Shown: positions 56,276 to 64,000, counted from the stretch's first letter. The stretch: 64,000 bases of DNA from Clostridiales bacterium (GCA_015069395.1 SVIR01000002.1:82005-146004); one strand, 5' to 3'. Program-made: numbers and translations. Notes: generated by a model from the letters alone, not told the origin.

Positions 56276-56370
56276 AATTTTTTAATAATCTTTTTGTTTT
56301 TTGCTTGACAGATTTTTTTGATAATTATATATTATTATATAATTAATTATTCGTAACAAGGAGGGCATCT

Positions 56371-57729
56371 ATGCAAAAAGAAGAGTTTTATGAAGTTGTT
56401 TCAAAGTTGATTGTTCCTCTTTTTACGGGTTCGGTTTTGGCGGGAGAAGTTGAGTCTTCTGCGAGAGATTTGGAGGTTGCTCTTGGAAAAGGCAATTCTA
56501 TCTTGTTGAAACCAAACAAAAGTGACGATTATAGACTGGTTTTGAGACGTGGACAAGCATTTAAGTCATTTGAAGTAAACATTATTCGTTCAATTATTCA
56601 TGAACTTTTTGAAATTTCTGCTTTACAAATAAAAGACAAGTTATACCTTCAAAGTTTGCAAAATATGGCAATTGAAAAGGCTCTTATTGAAAGTATAACT
56701 GACAACGGAGCACAAACTATTTTGGGGATTATTACTAGTTTGGAAAAATGGGCTTCAAGAACATATGAAGGCGCGACGGTTGACCTTGGTATTATGGTAA
56801 ATCTTGGGGTAAATGCAGATTCTACAAATCCTGTAAAATACAGCGAAGTTATAAACAAAGACTTTTTTGCTTTGGTTACAGATGGTATAAATTCGTTTGT
56901 TGAATTTGATAAAAATGGCCTAATGCTTGGTTATTTGAATTTGAAAAACCCAAAGTCTGTTCCAACAATTTGTCCCTATGTATTTGACAAGGTTGCAAGA
57001 GTTTGCAATGACAAGAGAGTTGGTATAGTTTTGACTCAAAAAGGAGACATCTTAATATTCTATGCTCGCCAACTTGTTTTTGCAAAAAGAAACGGATCTT
57101 GGTGTGTTTATTCTCACGAAGAAGTTATCAGACTTTTATACAACAATGTTTCTTACACAGCAAAAGAAATTAGACGCTCAATCTATAATTCGGCTTTGGA
57201 TTGTTCTTTCGCATACAAGGGTGCTTGTTTGGCTTACATCAACAAAGACAAAACCGAACAAGCCTTGGCACATATAAACGCTGCAGACATTATCTCTGAA
57301 GAGCATTTCAACATCAAAAGAGAGATGGAACTTGCTGAAGCTGATAAACTTTATAATATCGGCAATGCAAAGAAAATTGTTGAAAAATTCAATATGTCTT
57401 ATGAAGAATTTTTAGACAAGCACAATTATAAAAAAACCATGGCAATAAGAAAAATTATTGCCGGCAAAAAATTGTTTGAACTTGATAGAAAACTTATTGA
57501 AGAAATGACATCGATTGATGGTGCAACCATTGTGGATTATGATGGAACAATCATAGCAATTGGTGCTATTATTAAAATTGAAGCAGGCAGTCAAGGTGGT
57601 GGTCGTCTTGCTGCAACTTCAACTATGGCAAAATATGGTGTGGCAATCAAAGTCTCTCAAGACGGAATTATGCAAGGCTTTGGTGTAGATAAACAAGGAA
57701 AGGTTAAACAATTGTTTAATGTTGGTTAA
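56371..57729 (+). CDS. Uncharacterised 452-aa protein with a C-terminal diadenylate-cyclase (DisA_N/DAC)-like domain that has DGA but lacks RHR
   Basis: Strong SD aaggaggg. The C-terminal SIDGATIVDYDGTIIAIGAIIKIEAGSQGGGRLAATSTMAKYGVAIKVSQDGIMQGF aligns to the CdaA block HDGAVII...LGTRHRAAxGISExxDxxxIVVSEExGxIS. Confidence 0.55.
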   Translation: MQKEEFYEVVSKLIVPLFTGSVLAGEVESSARDLEVALGKGNSILLKPNKSDDYRLVLRRGQAFKSFEVNIIRSIIHELFEISALQIKDKLYLQSLQNMAIEKALIESITDNGAQTILGIITSLEKWASRTYEGATVDLGIMVNLGVNADSTNPVKYSEVINKDFFALVTDGINSFVEFDKNGLMLGYLNLKNPKSVPTICPYVFDKVARVCNDKRVGIVLTQKGDILIFYARQLVFAKRNGSWCVYSHEEVIRLLYNNVSYTAKEIRRSIYNSALDCSFAYKGACLAYINKDKTEQALAHINAADIISEEHFNIKREMELAEADKLYNIGNAKKIVEKFNMSYEEFLDKHNYKKTMAIRKIIAGKKLFELDRKLIEEMTSIDGATIVDYDGTIIAIGAIIKIEAGSQGGGRLAATSTMAKYGVAIKVSQDGIMQGFGVDKQGKVKQLFNVG

Positions 57730-57757
57730 AAGGACGGCTTGTTCGTTCTTTTTTTTG
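57728..57757 (+). terminator. Intrinsic terminator after the DAC-like gene
   Basis: aaaaggacg-gcttgtt-cgttctttt (one G-U pair) followed by a T-run. Confidence 0.45.
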
Positions 57758-57792
57758 TTGACTTTTTGGATCTAGTGTGCTACACTCTCTGT

Positions 57793-57856
57793 AGAATTAC
57801 ATTGACCTTGCTTTGCAAGGAATAGCCAAAAGGGTGGGATTGTAATTCTTTTTTTA
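57793..57856 (+). ncRNA. Candidate ~65-nt small RNA with its own promoter and terminator (unclassified)
   Basis: TTGACT (57758-63)-17-(TGc)TACACT (57781-86). Outer stem agaattaca/tgtaattct (57793-801 / 57841-49), inner hairpin ccttgc-ttt-gcaagg (57806-20), then a T-run (57849-55). Confidence 0.3.
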
Positions 57857-57881
57857 TTAATCGCTATTTTTTGTAAACGAA

Positions 57882-57910
57882 TTGACTATTTGATAGGTTT
57901 GTGATATAAT
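57882..57910 (+). promoter_or_regulatory. rnpB promoter TTGACT-17-(TGa)TATAAT
   Basis: -35 at 57882-87 and extended -10 at 57902-10. The P1 helix begins ~7-11 nt downstream. Confidence 0.6.
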
Positions 57911-57916
57911 AATATT

Positions 57917-58262
57917 GTCAGTCAGCCAGATGGTCGCTGTATGTCTGTTATGGGCATAGAGAGGAAAGTCCGAGCTCCAAAAGAACAGGGTGCCAGTTAA
58001 CGGCTGGTGGAGGCGACTCTAAGGAAAGTGCAACAGAAATAGACTTCCAAATTTTTGGTAAAGGTGGAAAGGTAGGGCAAGAGCCTACCGGACGGTTGGT
58101 AACAATCGTTGCTCTGTAAACCCCACTCGGTGCAAGGTTAAGTTTGAACATTAGTGTGTTCTTTCACGTTCAACAAAAATACCGCTAGAACTTGTTGGCG
58201 ACAGCAAGTCTGGATAGATGACCATTTAATACAAAACTCGGCTTATAGACTGGCTGACAAAA
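57917..58262 (+). ncRNA. rnpB: RNase P RNA (bacterial, Firmicutes type)
   Basis: P1 pairing gtcagccag (57921-29) / ctggctgac (58250-58). Universally conserved GAGGAAAGTCCGAGC (P4 5' strand), GTAAACCCC, and ACAAAACTCGGCTTATAGA (P4 3' strand). A short hairpin plus T-run follows. Confidence 0.9.
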
Positions 58263-58296
58263 CCACGGAAGTGGTTTTTTTATTTTCTAATACTTT

Positions 58297-59565
58297 ATGT
58301 CTAAAAAGAAATTTTTGGTCAAAACTTTGGTTATGAAAAAGCAAGAATACATTGAAAAAGCAAAAAAAAGCATTTTAAACAGAGTAGTTTTTCACTCGCC
58401 AATAGTTTTTGAAAGAAAAATTGACAACGAAATATTGAAAGCAAACAATATCGACATTCGATATCCTGTTTTCAAGTTCGACAAACAACTTGACAAAAGG
58501 CTTTTGCGGGCTTTTGAATTGGCACAAGCAGAACACGACTTCAATCTAGTTTTAAAAAGTTCTAGCTTAAACAAAATAAAGTCGAAAAAGTTAAAACATT
58601 TAAAAAGATATTTTATTTATGATGTTGAAGAATGCCCAAAGGCTTTTGTTGAAATGATAAACAAGCTCAACATAAATTATCAAGCCTCTTCAAATTACAA
58701 TGTTGAGTTTAAAGACAAATTTATCAAACTTCAAGACTTGATTTTAAACCCTAGTTACCAACAATATTTGCTTAGACAAACAGAGGTCTATGACAATTTA
58801 TGGTTTGATTATCAAGAGTTTGTTTTGAATGGAAACAATTATTTTCTTAGGTTGAAAAATGTTTCAAATGAAACTAAAAAGGTTGAGTTGGAAATTAACA
58901 TTCCTCTTAAGAAGGGCTATTATTATTTTAAAAAGCTTAATAGAGCAATTTCTATTGAAAACCTTTTGAGCAAAGAAAAACTGTATTTCAATTTTGTTTG
59001 TAAAAATGCCAAGTTTTCGTTTTCTGAAGTTGATGGCTTGGAGAATTCGGTTTTTAGCTGTATAAATTTAAGGCTTAGTTTTTCAATGCAACCAAAAGAA
59101 GAACGATTTGTATTTTTTAATATGGGAGATTCAAAATTTGTATGTCAGACACTAAGGGAAATAAAAAAACTCAAAGATCTTTCAATAAAAAAATGTTGTG
59201 AGATTTTTGATATTCAGGTAAAAACAAAAAATCAGGAGTTTGATAAAGTCTTTAATTTGACTTTGCCAAAAAAGATTTGGATAAACTGGCTCAACAACAA
59301 AGTAGATTTATCCTTGGAAGAAAAATATGTAAATCTCAAGCGACTGTTTGTTAGGGGGCAGGAGAAAAGATCTTTTGTTCCGTTTAAACAAATAGGGTTG
59401 AAAGAAATCGGTGTTTTTAACGGTGAGTATTACAAAAAGATTTTGGTCGTAAATTCAGCTCAAAAATATTTCAAAGTTGGGAAAACCCACTTTTTCAATT
59501 TTAATGACATAACAAATTTTTCACTCAAAAGCAAAGAGCCTTTAGAACTTTCGTTTGGAGATTGA
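58297..59565 (+). CDS. Hypothetical 422-aa protein (no family recognised)
   Basis: Long ORF, Lys/Asn-rich. No SD before the ATG at 58297 or the internal ATG at 58333. Begins 15 nt after the rnpB terminator T-run. Confidence 0.55.
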   Translation: MSKKKFLVKTLVMKKQEYIEKAKKSILNRVVFHSPIVFERKIDNEILKANNIDIRYPVFKFDKQLDKRLLRAFELAQAEHDFNLVLKSSSLNKIKSKKLKHLKRYFIYDVEECPKAFVEMINKLNINYQASSNYNVEFKDKFIKLQDLILNPSYQQYLLRQTEVYDNLWFDYQEFVLNGNNYFLRLKNVSNETKKVELEINIPLKKGYYYFKKLNRAISIENLLSKEKLYFNFVCKNAKFSFSEVDGLENSVFSCINLRLSFSMQPKEERFVFFNMGDSKFVCQTLREIKKLKDLSIKKCCEIFDIQVKTKNQEFDKVFNLTLPKKIWINWLNNKVDLSLEEKYVNLKRLFVRGQEKRSFVPFKQIGLKEIGVFNGEYYKKILVVNSAQKYFKVGKTHFFNFNDITNFSLKSKEPLELSFGD

Positions 59566-59597
59566 GTAAAAGTTTATAAAATTTTTCGCTTTTTTGC

Positions 59598-59627
59598 TTG
59601 AACTGAGCAATGTTTTTTGGTTATAAT
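59598..59627 (+). promoter_or_regulatory. Promoter TTGAAC-18-TATAAT placed 6 nt before the rarA ATG (predicts a leaderless mRNA)
   Basis: -35 at 59598-603, -10 at 59622-27, ATG at 59634, no SD. Confidence 0.4.
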
Positions 59628-59633
59628 TTAATC

Positions 59634-60899
59634 ATGGAAGCAAGAATACCTTTAGCAGAAAGAATGAGAGCTACTACTTTTGGAGAGTTTGTCGGTCAAG
59701 AACATATTGTAGGAAAAAACAAACTCCTATATCGTGCTATCACAACAGGAACGGTTGGTAGCTGTATTTTTTATGGCCCACCCGGTACAGGAAAAACAAC
59801 TTTAGCTGGGATTATTGCAAAAATGCTTGATGCCAACATTGAAAAACTAAATGCTGTTTCAAGTGGTGTAGGCGATGCTAAAGCTGTTATTGATAGGGCA
59901 AGAACCGAAAAACAAATGTTTGGAAGAGATACTTATCTTTTGTTAGACGAATGTCATAGATGGAACAAGGCTCAGAGCGATTGTGTTTTGCAAGCAATTG
60001 AAGAGGGGAGTATTTTCTTTATTGGGTCGACAACTGAAAATCCATATACAAGTATGACTAGAGCGATTGTTTCTAGATGCTCTGTTTTTGAATTTAAGAA
60101 AGTTTCTCAAGCTGATATCGAAAAGGTTTTGAGAAGGGCGATAGTTGACAAAGAAAAAGGTCTTGGTCAATATGTTACAGTTGTTGACGACGAAGCCATA
60201 AAATATTTGGCCTTTGCTTGCAATGGCGATGTCAGAAATGCACTCAATAGTCTTGAACTCGCTGTTTTGTCTACAAAACTGGGAAAAGACAAAAAAATTC
60301 ATATTGACAAAGAGATTATGGCTGAATGTTTAAACAAGAGACCTTTGTCCATTGACGAAAATATGTATTATGATTACCTTTCTGCATTTTGTAAAAGTTT
60401 GAGGGGAAGTGATAGTGATGCGGCTCTTTATTATGCTCATAGATTGATTAAAGCAGGTATTGATCCTCTGATAATTGCAAGAAGAATGATTGCTCATGCT
60501 TCTGAAGATATAGGAATGGCAGATAGTAATGCTCTTTTGATGGCTGTTTGTGCCATGTATGCTTGTGAAAAGATTGGCCCTCCAGAATGTTATTTAAATT
60601 TGTCTCACGCAATTGTTTATCTATGTGAGGCAGAAAAATCGAACAGTGTTTACAAAGCAATGCATATGGCAATGGAAGATGCTGAAAATGAGAGAGGTGA
60701 CAACGTACCAAACCACTTAAAAAATCACCCAAGCACAAACAAAGACGGACACGGAAAATATAAATATCCTCACGATTATGGTGGATATGTTAAGCAACAA
60801 TATTTGCCAGATAATCTAAAAGATAAAATATATTATCAACCAAGCGAAAATGGAAGAGAAAAAAATATGCAAAGGAAAAAATTTAAATTTAAAGGCTAA
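59634..60899 (+). CDS. rarA: Replication-associated recombination protein A (RarA/MgsA AAA+ ATPase)
   Basis: MEARIPLAERMRATTFGEFVGQEHIVG, FYGPPGTGKTTLA, LLLDECHRWNKAQ, GDVRNALN, HLKNHP...YKYPHDY. Confidence 0.9.
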   Translation: MEARIPLAERMRATTFGEFVGQEHIVGKNKLLYRAITTGTVGSCIFYGPPGTGKTTLAGIIAKMLDANIEKLNAVSSGVGDAKAVIDRARTEKQMFGRDTYLLLDECHRWNKAQSDCVLQAIEEGSIFFIGSTTENPYTSMTRAIVSRCSVFEFKKVSQADIEKVLRRAIVDKEKGLGQYVTVVDDEAIKYLAFACNGDVRNALNSLELAVLSTKLGKDKKIHIDKEIMAECLNKRPLSIDENMYYDYLSAFCKSLRGSDSDAALYYAHRLIKAGIDPLIIARRMIAHASEDIGMADSNALLMAVCAMYACEKIGPPECYLNLSHAIVYLCEAEKSNSVYKAMHMAMEDAENERGDNVPNHLKNHPSTNKDGHGKYKYPHDYGGYVKQQYLPDNLKDKIYYQPSENGREKNMQRKKFKFKG

Positions 60900-60901
60900 T
60901 T

Positions 60902-61813
60902 ATGTTTGGAAAAAGAAGTGATGGAAAGAAGGTAAAAGATTTACAAATTCAAGAAAAGGCAATTTCTTATTTTATGCCACAAAGAATTGATGCTGTAAAT
61001 TATTTTACTCAACCAGTAAAATGTGAATATATTGACAAATTTGTTTTGGAAGAAAAGAAGAAAACTGGAGTTCATTTTACATATACAGAACTTATGATTG
61101 CTGCGTTTGTGAGAATGTTGCATGAAAGACCAAAGCTTAATAGGTTTATCAACAATTGTGTAGTTTATCAAAGAAATCATATTGCTATTTCTCTGACAAT
61201 CAAGAAAAAGTTGACTGACGATGGAGAAGAAGTTGATTTAAAATTTTATTTTAAAGGAAACGAAAGTCTTTACGACATAAAGAAAGTAATTGACGACGAG
61301 ATCGCAAAGCACACCTCTTTTAGTGGAGAGGAGCATGAAACCACAAAAGCAGCAGGTTTTTTATGTAAATTGCCAAACTGGCTTTTTAAGTTTGCTATGG
61401 CGTGTGTAAGATTTATGGACAAACACAACTGTTTGCCGAAGAAACTTATCAAAGCAAGTCCATTTCACACCAGTCTTTATTTTACAGATTTAAGAAGCAT
61501 AAAATTGGATAAAGTTTTTCACCATCTCTACAATTTTGGAACAACCTCTATCTTTGCAGCGTTAGGCAAAGCTAAATACCTTCCAGCAAAAACCATTGAC
61601 GATCAGGTAAAATTTGAAAAAACAATGGAACTAGGGCTTTCGTTGGACGAAAGAATTGCCGATGGTTTATATTATGGAAATAGCGTAAGATTGTTGTTAA
61701 AATACTTAGAAAACCCAAGCTTGTTGTGTGAAAGATTGCCAGATCCACCACCTACAAAAAAAGAATTAAAAAAAATAAAAAAAGAGAACAAGAAAAAGTC
61801 GAAAAATAAATAA
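60902..61813 (+). CDS. Stand-alone 2-oxoacid-dehydrogenase E2 / CAT-like acyltransferase-fold protein with the catalytic His replaced
   Basis: 303 aa, with no lipoyl or E3-binding domains. ...FTYTELMIAAFVRMLHERPKLNRF... and LSLDERIADG where E2 enzymes have DHRxxDG. Lys-rich tail. Confidence 0.5.
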   Translation: MFGKRSDGKKVKDLQIQEKAISYFMPQRIDAVNYFTQPVKCEYIDKFVLEEKKKTGVHFTYTELMIAAFVRMLHERPKLNRFINNCVVYQRNHIAISLTIKKKLTDDGEEVDLKFYFKGNESLYDIKKVIDDEIAKHTSFSGEEHETTKAAGFLCKLPNWLFKFAMACVRFMDKHNCLPKKLIKASPFHTSLYFTDLRSIKLDKVFHHLYNFGTTSIFAALGKAKYLPAKTIDDQVKFEKTMELGLSLDERIADGLYYGNSVRLLLKYLENPSLLCERLPDPPPTKKELKKIKKENKKKSKNK

Positions 61814-61835
61814 TTTTGACTAATTGGTTGTGGCA

Positions 61836-61866
61836 AAGTGACGGCATTGTGTCGTCATTTTTTATT
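61836..61866 (+). terminator. Intrinsic terminator
   Basis: aagtgacg-(9 nt)-cgtcattt followed by a T-run. Confidence 0.5.
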
Positions 61867-61914
61867 AATTTGTAAAATATTGTAAAATTATTGAAAAATT
61901 TTTGACATAAAAAA

Positions 61915-61943
61915 TTGACTACAAGAATCTTTCATTTTATAAT
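61915..61943 (+). promoter_or_regulatory. Near-consensus promoter TTGACT-17-TATAAT for the sigma-like gene
   Basis: -35 at 61915-20 and -10 at 61938-43. Preceded by phased TTG-A-tract repeats (61870-61914). Confidence 0.55.
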
Positions 61944-61972
61944 CAATTTTGATTTCAAAAAGGGGGAATATT

Positions 61973-62500
61973 ATGAAAAATTCTAGTGTTTGGACTAAAA
62001 CAATTTTGTCGGTTTATCGTTATTTGGAGCGTATTTGTGGGGCAATTGATAAGATTGTAATGCAAAAAGGATTGAATAGTTCAAACATAACAGGACAAAA
62101 TTATTATTACAACAATGTTTTGTCGATTACACAAAAGCTAATTGACTTGTCTGAGAGAAAAATTACTCTTATTAATTTAAAAATCTTGACAGAAGAAACT
62201 TTTGCCGACATTGAAGAATCTGATGCTCAACTTCTTATTCAAAAGTATGTAGATGGAAAAAAATTTCGAGAAATCGCAGAAGAAAGTGATGTTAGCATTA
62301 GAACAATTTTTAGAAGGCTTGAAAATGCAGAAAAAAGTTTTTATTGTTCTTTAAAAAAGAAAGGGTATGATTCTGAAAAATTGGAAAACTTTTTAGAACA
62401 CGAAGAGTGGATAAAAAATGCTTATCATTCTTTTGAGATTTCAAAACAAGAGGAGTTTTTGTTGTCTAATAGTTATTTACAAAAGGTAGCTTCGCTTTGA
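61973..62500 (+). CDS. Phage-type sigma-70 region-4-like HTH protein (late-gene activator-like)
   Basis: Start moved to MKNSSVW (SD aaaggggg). ...LIQKYVDGKKFREIAEESDVSIRTIFRRLENAEKSF is a region-4-type HTH. Confidence 0.45.
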   Translation: MKNSSVWTKTILSVYRYLERICGAIDKIVMQKGLNSSNITGQNYYYNNVLSITQKLIDLSERKITLINLKILTEETFADIEESDAQLLIQKYVDGKKFREIAEESDVSIRTIFRRLENAEKSFYCSLKKKGYDSEKLENFLEHEEWIKNAYHSFEISKQEEFLLSNSYLQKVASL

Positions 62501-62501
62501 T

Positions 62502-63278
62502 CTAAAGCTCACTTTCGTCAAACTCAAAATAATCGCCGTGTCTCTTGATTTGTTTTTGTTGTTTTTCTTTGTTTTTTGCTTGAGCAATTTTTGAAGGCTT
62601 TATTAAGAAGTATAAGATAAAGAGGCTAGGAACGCTTATCGAAACAATCAACATAATTTTAGTCCCTGTTGACAACTGAGAAAATTCTGACGAATTTCCA
62701 ACATTTGAGAAAATGCTTTCGTCTACGATTTCAAATCTTTCGTTGTTTGTAGAAAGGGGCGTTGTAAAGTCGGTTAATGAAGAATATACATAACCGTAAA
62801 TAGTTTCTGAGTCGTTTGATACAGAACAATAATACCATTGATTCGTTTTTGAGCTAAGCTGTTCGCCGACTATGGTGCCATAATATGATAAAGTGGTATT
62901 TTCGGTTAAGTGAAGAGTTTCGGTTGATGTCGAATTTGCTTGTTGATAAAGATTGGTGTCGACAAAATTTTCGATGCTAGCATTGGAATAAGGTTGGGTA
63001 GGTTTTCCTTTCATAAGGGAAACCTTATCTTTTTTAACGTATCCAGAAAGTTGTTTGTAAACAACCAAAAAATAATCGTCAACAATTTTATCTACCTTTA
63101 CGAAATAAGAATAAGGGATTTCAAAAACTGCAGAGGATTCATTTGGAGAAGAGCAAAAATACACTCCATAATTTTCAATTTTTGCATATAGGCTCTCTGT
63201 GTTAGCGAAAGCTGTATAACACCCAAAAGAGGAAAATGTTATTGCCAAAAAACTTAAAATAAACAAACATCTTTTCAT
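62502..63278 (-). CDS. Secreted/membrane protein with two SH3b-like modules and a C-terminal TM anchor
   Basis: Signal peptide MKRCLFILSFLAITFSSFGCYTAFA. YAKIENYGVYFCSSPNESSAVFEIPYSYFVKV...SGYVKKDKV. WYYCSV...YGYVYSS. TM helix IMLIVSISVPSLFILYFLI. Confidence 0.55.
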   Translation of the reverse strand: MKRCLFILSFLAITFSSFGCYTAFANTESLYAKIENYGVYFCSSPNESSAVFEIPYSYFVKVDKIVDDYFLVVYKQLSGYVKKDKVSLMKGKPTQPYSNASIENFVDTNLYQQANSTSTETLHLTENTTLSYYGTIVGEQLSSKTNQWYYCSVSNDSETIYGYVYSSLTDFTTPLSTNNERFEIVDESIFSNVGNSSEFSQLSTGTKIMLIVSISVPSLFILYFLIKPSKIAQAKNKEKQQKQIKRHGDYFEFDESEL

Positions 63279-63370
63279 AGCCTTATTTTAAAATTCGCGA
63301 TATGTTTTTTGATAATAGATTTTTGTCTTTTTATGCTCATTTTTAATTCTTTTTGTATAGTGGAGTTGTT

Positions 63371-64000
63371 ATGAATTTGGATTTGATAAGAAAATTGTTA
63401 AAAGTTGAAAAGACGATCGATATGAGATATCGTTCAAATCGCTTGAATTTTTATAATAAAAAAGGAAAGGTTCACAAAAAGCAAGTTTTGTTTCATAAAT
63501 GTAAAAAGCGAAATCGATGGGTATTTGGTGGTAATCGTTCGGGAAAAACAGAGTGCGGCGCTGTTGAAACAGTCTATTTTGCGACAGGATTACACCCTTA
63601 TCGTAAAAACAAAGTCACCGAAGGTTGGGTTGTAAGTTTGTCTAGGCAAGTACAAAGAGATGTTGCACAGAAAAAAATTTTACATTATTTGCCAGCATCA
63701 TATATAGAAAAAATTGTTATGGTTAGTGGAGGGCAAGATAGTGCCGAGAACGGAATTATCGACTTTATTTTAGTAAAATCGGCTTGTGGAGGAACAAGTC
63801 GAATCGGTTTTAAAAGCTGTGATCAAGGCAGAGAAAAATTTCAGGGAGCTTCACTAGATTATGTTTGGTTTGACGAAGAGCCCCCGTTTGATATTTATCT
63901 TGAATGTAAAATGCGAGTTTTGGACAAATGTGGAGATATATTTGGAACAATGACGCCACTCAAAGGGCTTACGTGGGTTTACAACACTATTTATTTAAAC
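63371..64000 (+). CDS. Phage terminase large subunit, N-terminal ATPase part (partial; runs off the window)
   Basis: Not in the ORF track because there is no stop before nt 64000. My translation from the ATG at 63371 (SD ggag): MNLDLIRKLL...WVFGGNRSGKTECGA (Walker A)...LDYVWFDEEPP (Walker B)...GTMTPLKG. Confidence 0.7.
   Translation, partial: MNLDLIRKLLKVEKTIDMRYRSNRLNFYNKKGKVHKKQVLFHKCKKRNRWVFGGNRSGKTECGAVETVYFATGLHPYRKNKVTEGWVVSLSRQVQRDVAQKKILHYLPASYIEKIVMVSGGQDSAENGIIDFILVKSACGGTSRIGFKSCDQGREKFQGASLDYVWFDEEPPFDIYLECKMRVLDKCGDIFGTMTPLKGLTWVYNTIYLN

Noticed and set aside
57948-58336. ORFs 57948..58151 (-) and 58154..58336 (+)
   Set aside because: They lie inside or across the RNase P RNA gene, which is identified by its conserved P4 sequences and P1 pairing. 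They are not coding.

Overview
Visibly AT-rich chromosomal segment of a low-GC Firmicute. It most resembles an endospore-forming Clostridia-type lineage: pro-sigma-K, a SpoIVFB-like M50 protease, and YlbJ-like, PdaB-like and DacB-like proteins, plus FtsK/SpoIIIE. Most of the window is conserved core, nearly all on the + strand: an MreB-like gene with MinD/MinE, FtsK, RimO-PgsA-CinA-like-RecA, a class A PBP, MiaB-MutS-MutL-MiaA, ScpA/ScpB, MnmA, tRNA-Ser(GGA), Pta-AckA, L32-PlsX-RNase III-SMC-FtsY, sigK, RNase P RNA and RarA. I saw no CRISPR array, IS element, integrase or recognisable defence operon, and no single obvious novel system. The candidates most worth a second look are: (1) a tightly packed ferredoxin / Ppx-GppA-like / membrane HtrA-like / MreB-like operon whose enzyme-family members all appear to have lost catalytic residues; (2) an intact HIT-RNase HI fusion; (3) a 452-aa protein with a diadenylate-cyclase-like domain that keeps DGA but lacks RHR; (4) a possible ~65-nt sRNA gene with its own promoter and terminator just upstream of rnpB; (5) a 1279-aa type-I membrane protein with four jelly-roll-like modules and a cytoplasmic coiled-coil tail; (6) a membrane HAMP-cyclase-TPR protein with a degenerate active site; (7) three genes with TATAAT-like boxes 5-6 nt before the ATG, predicting leaderless mRNAs; (8) a phage-derived sigma-like activator plus large terminase at the right edge with no lysogeny module upstream. 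All homology statements rest on by-eye motif recognition, not on searches.
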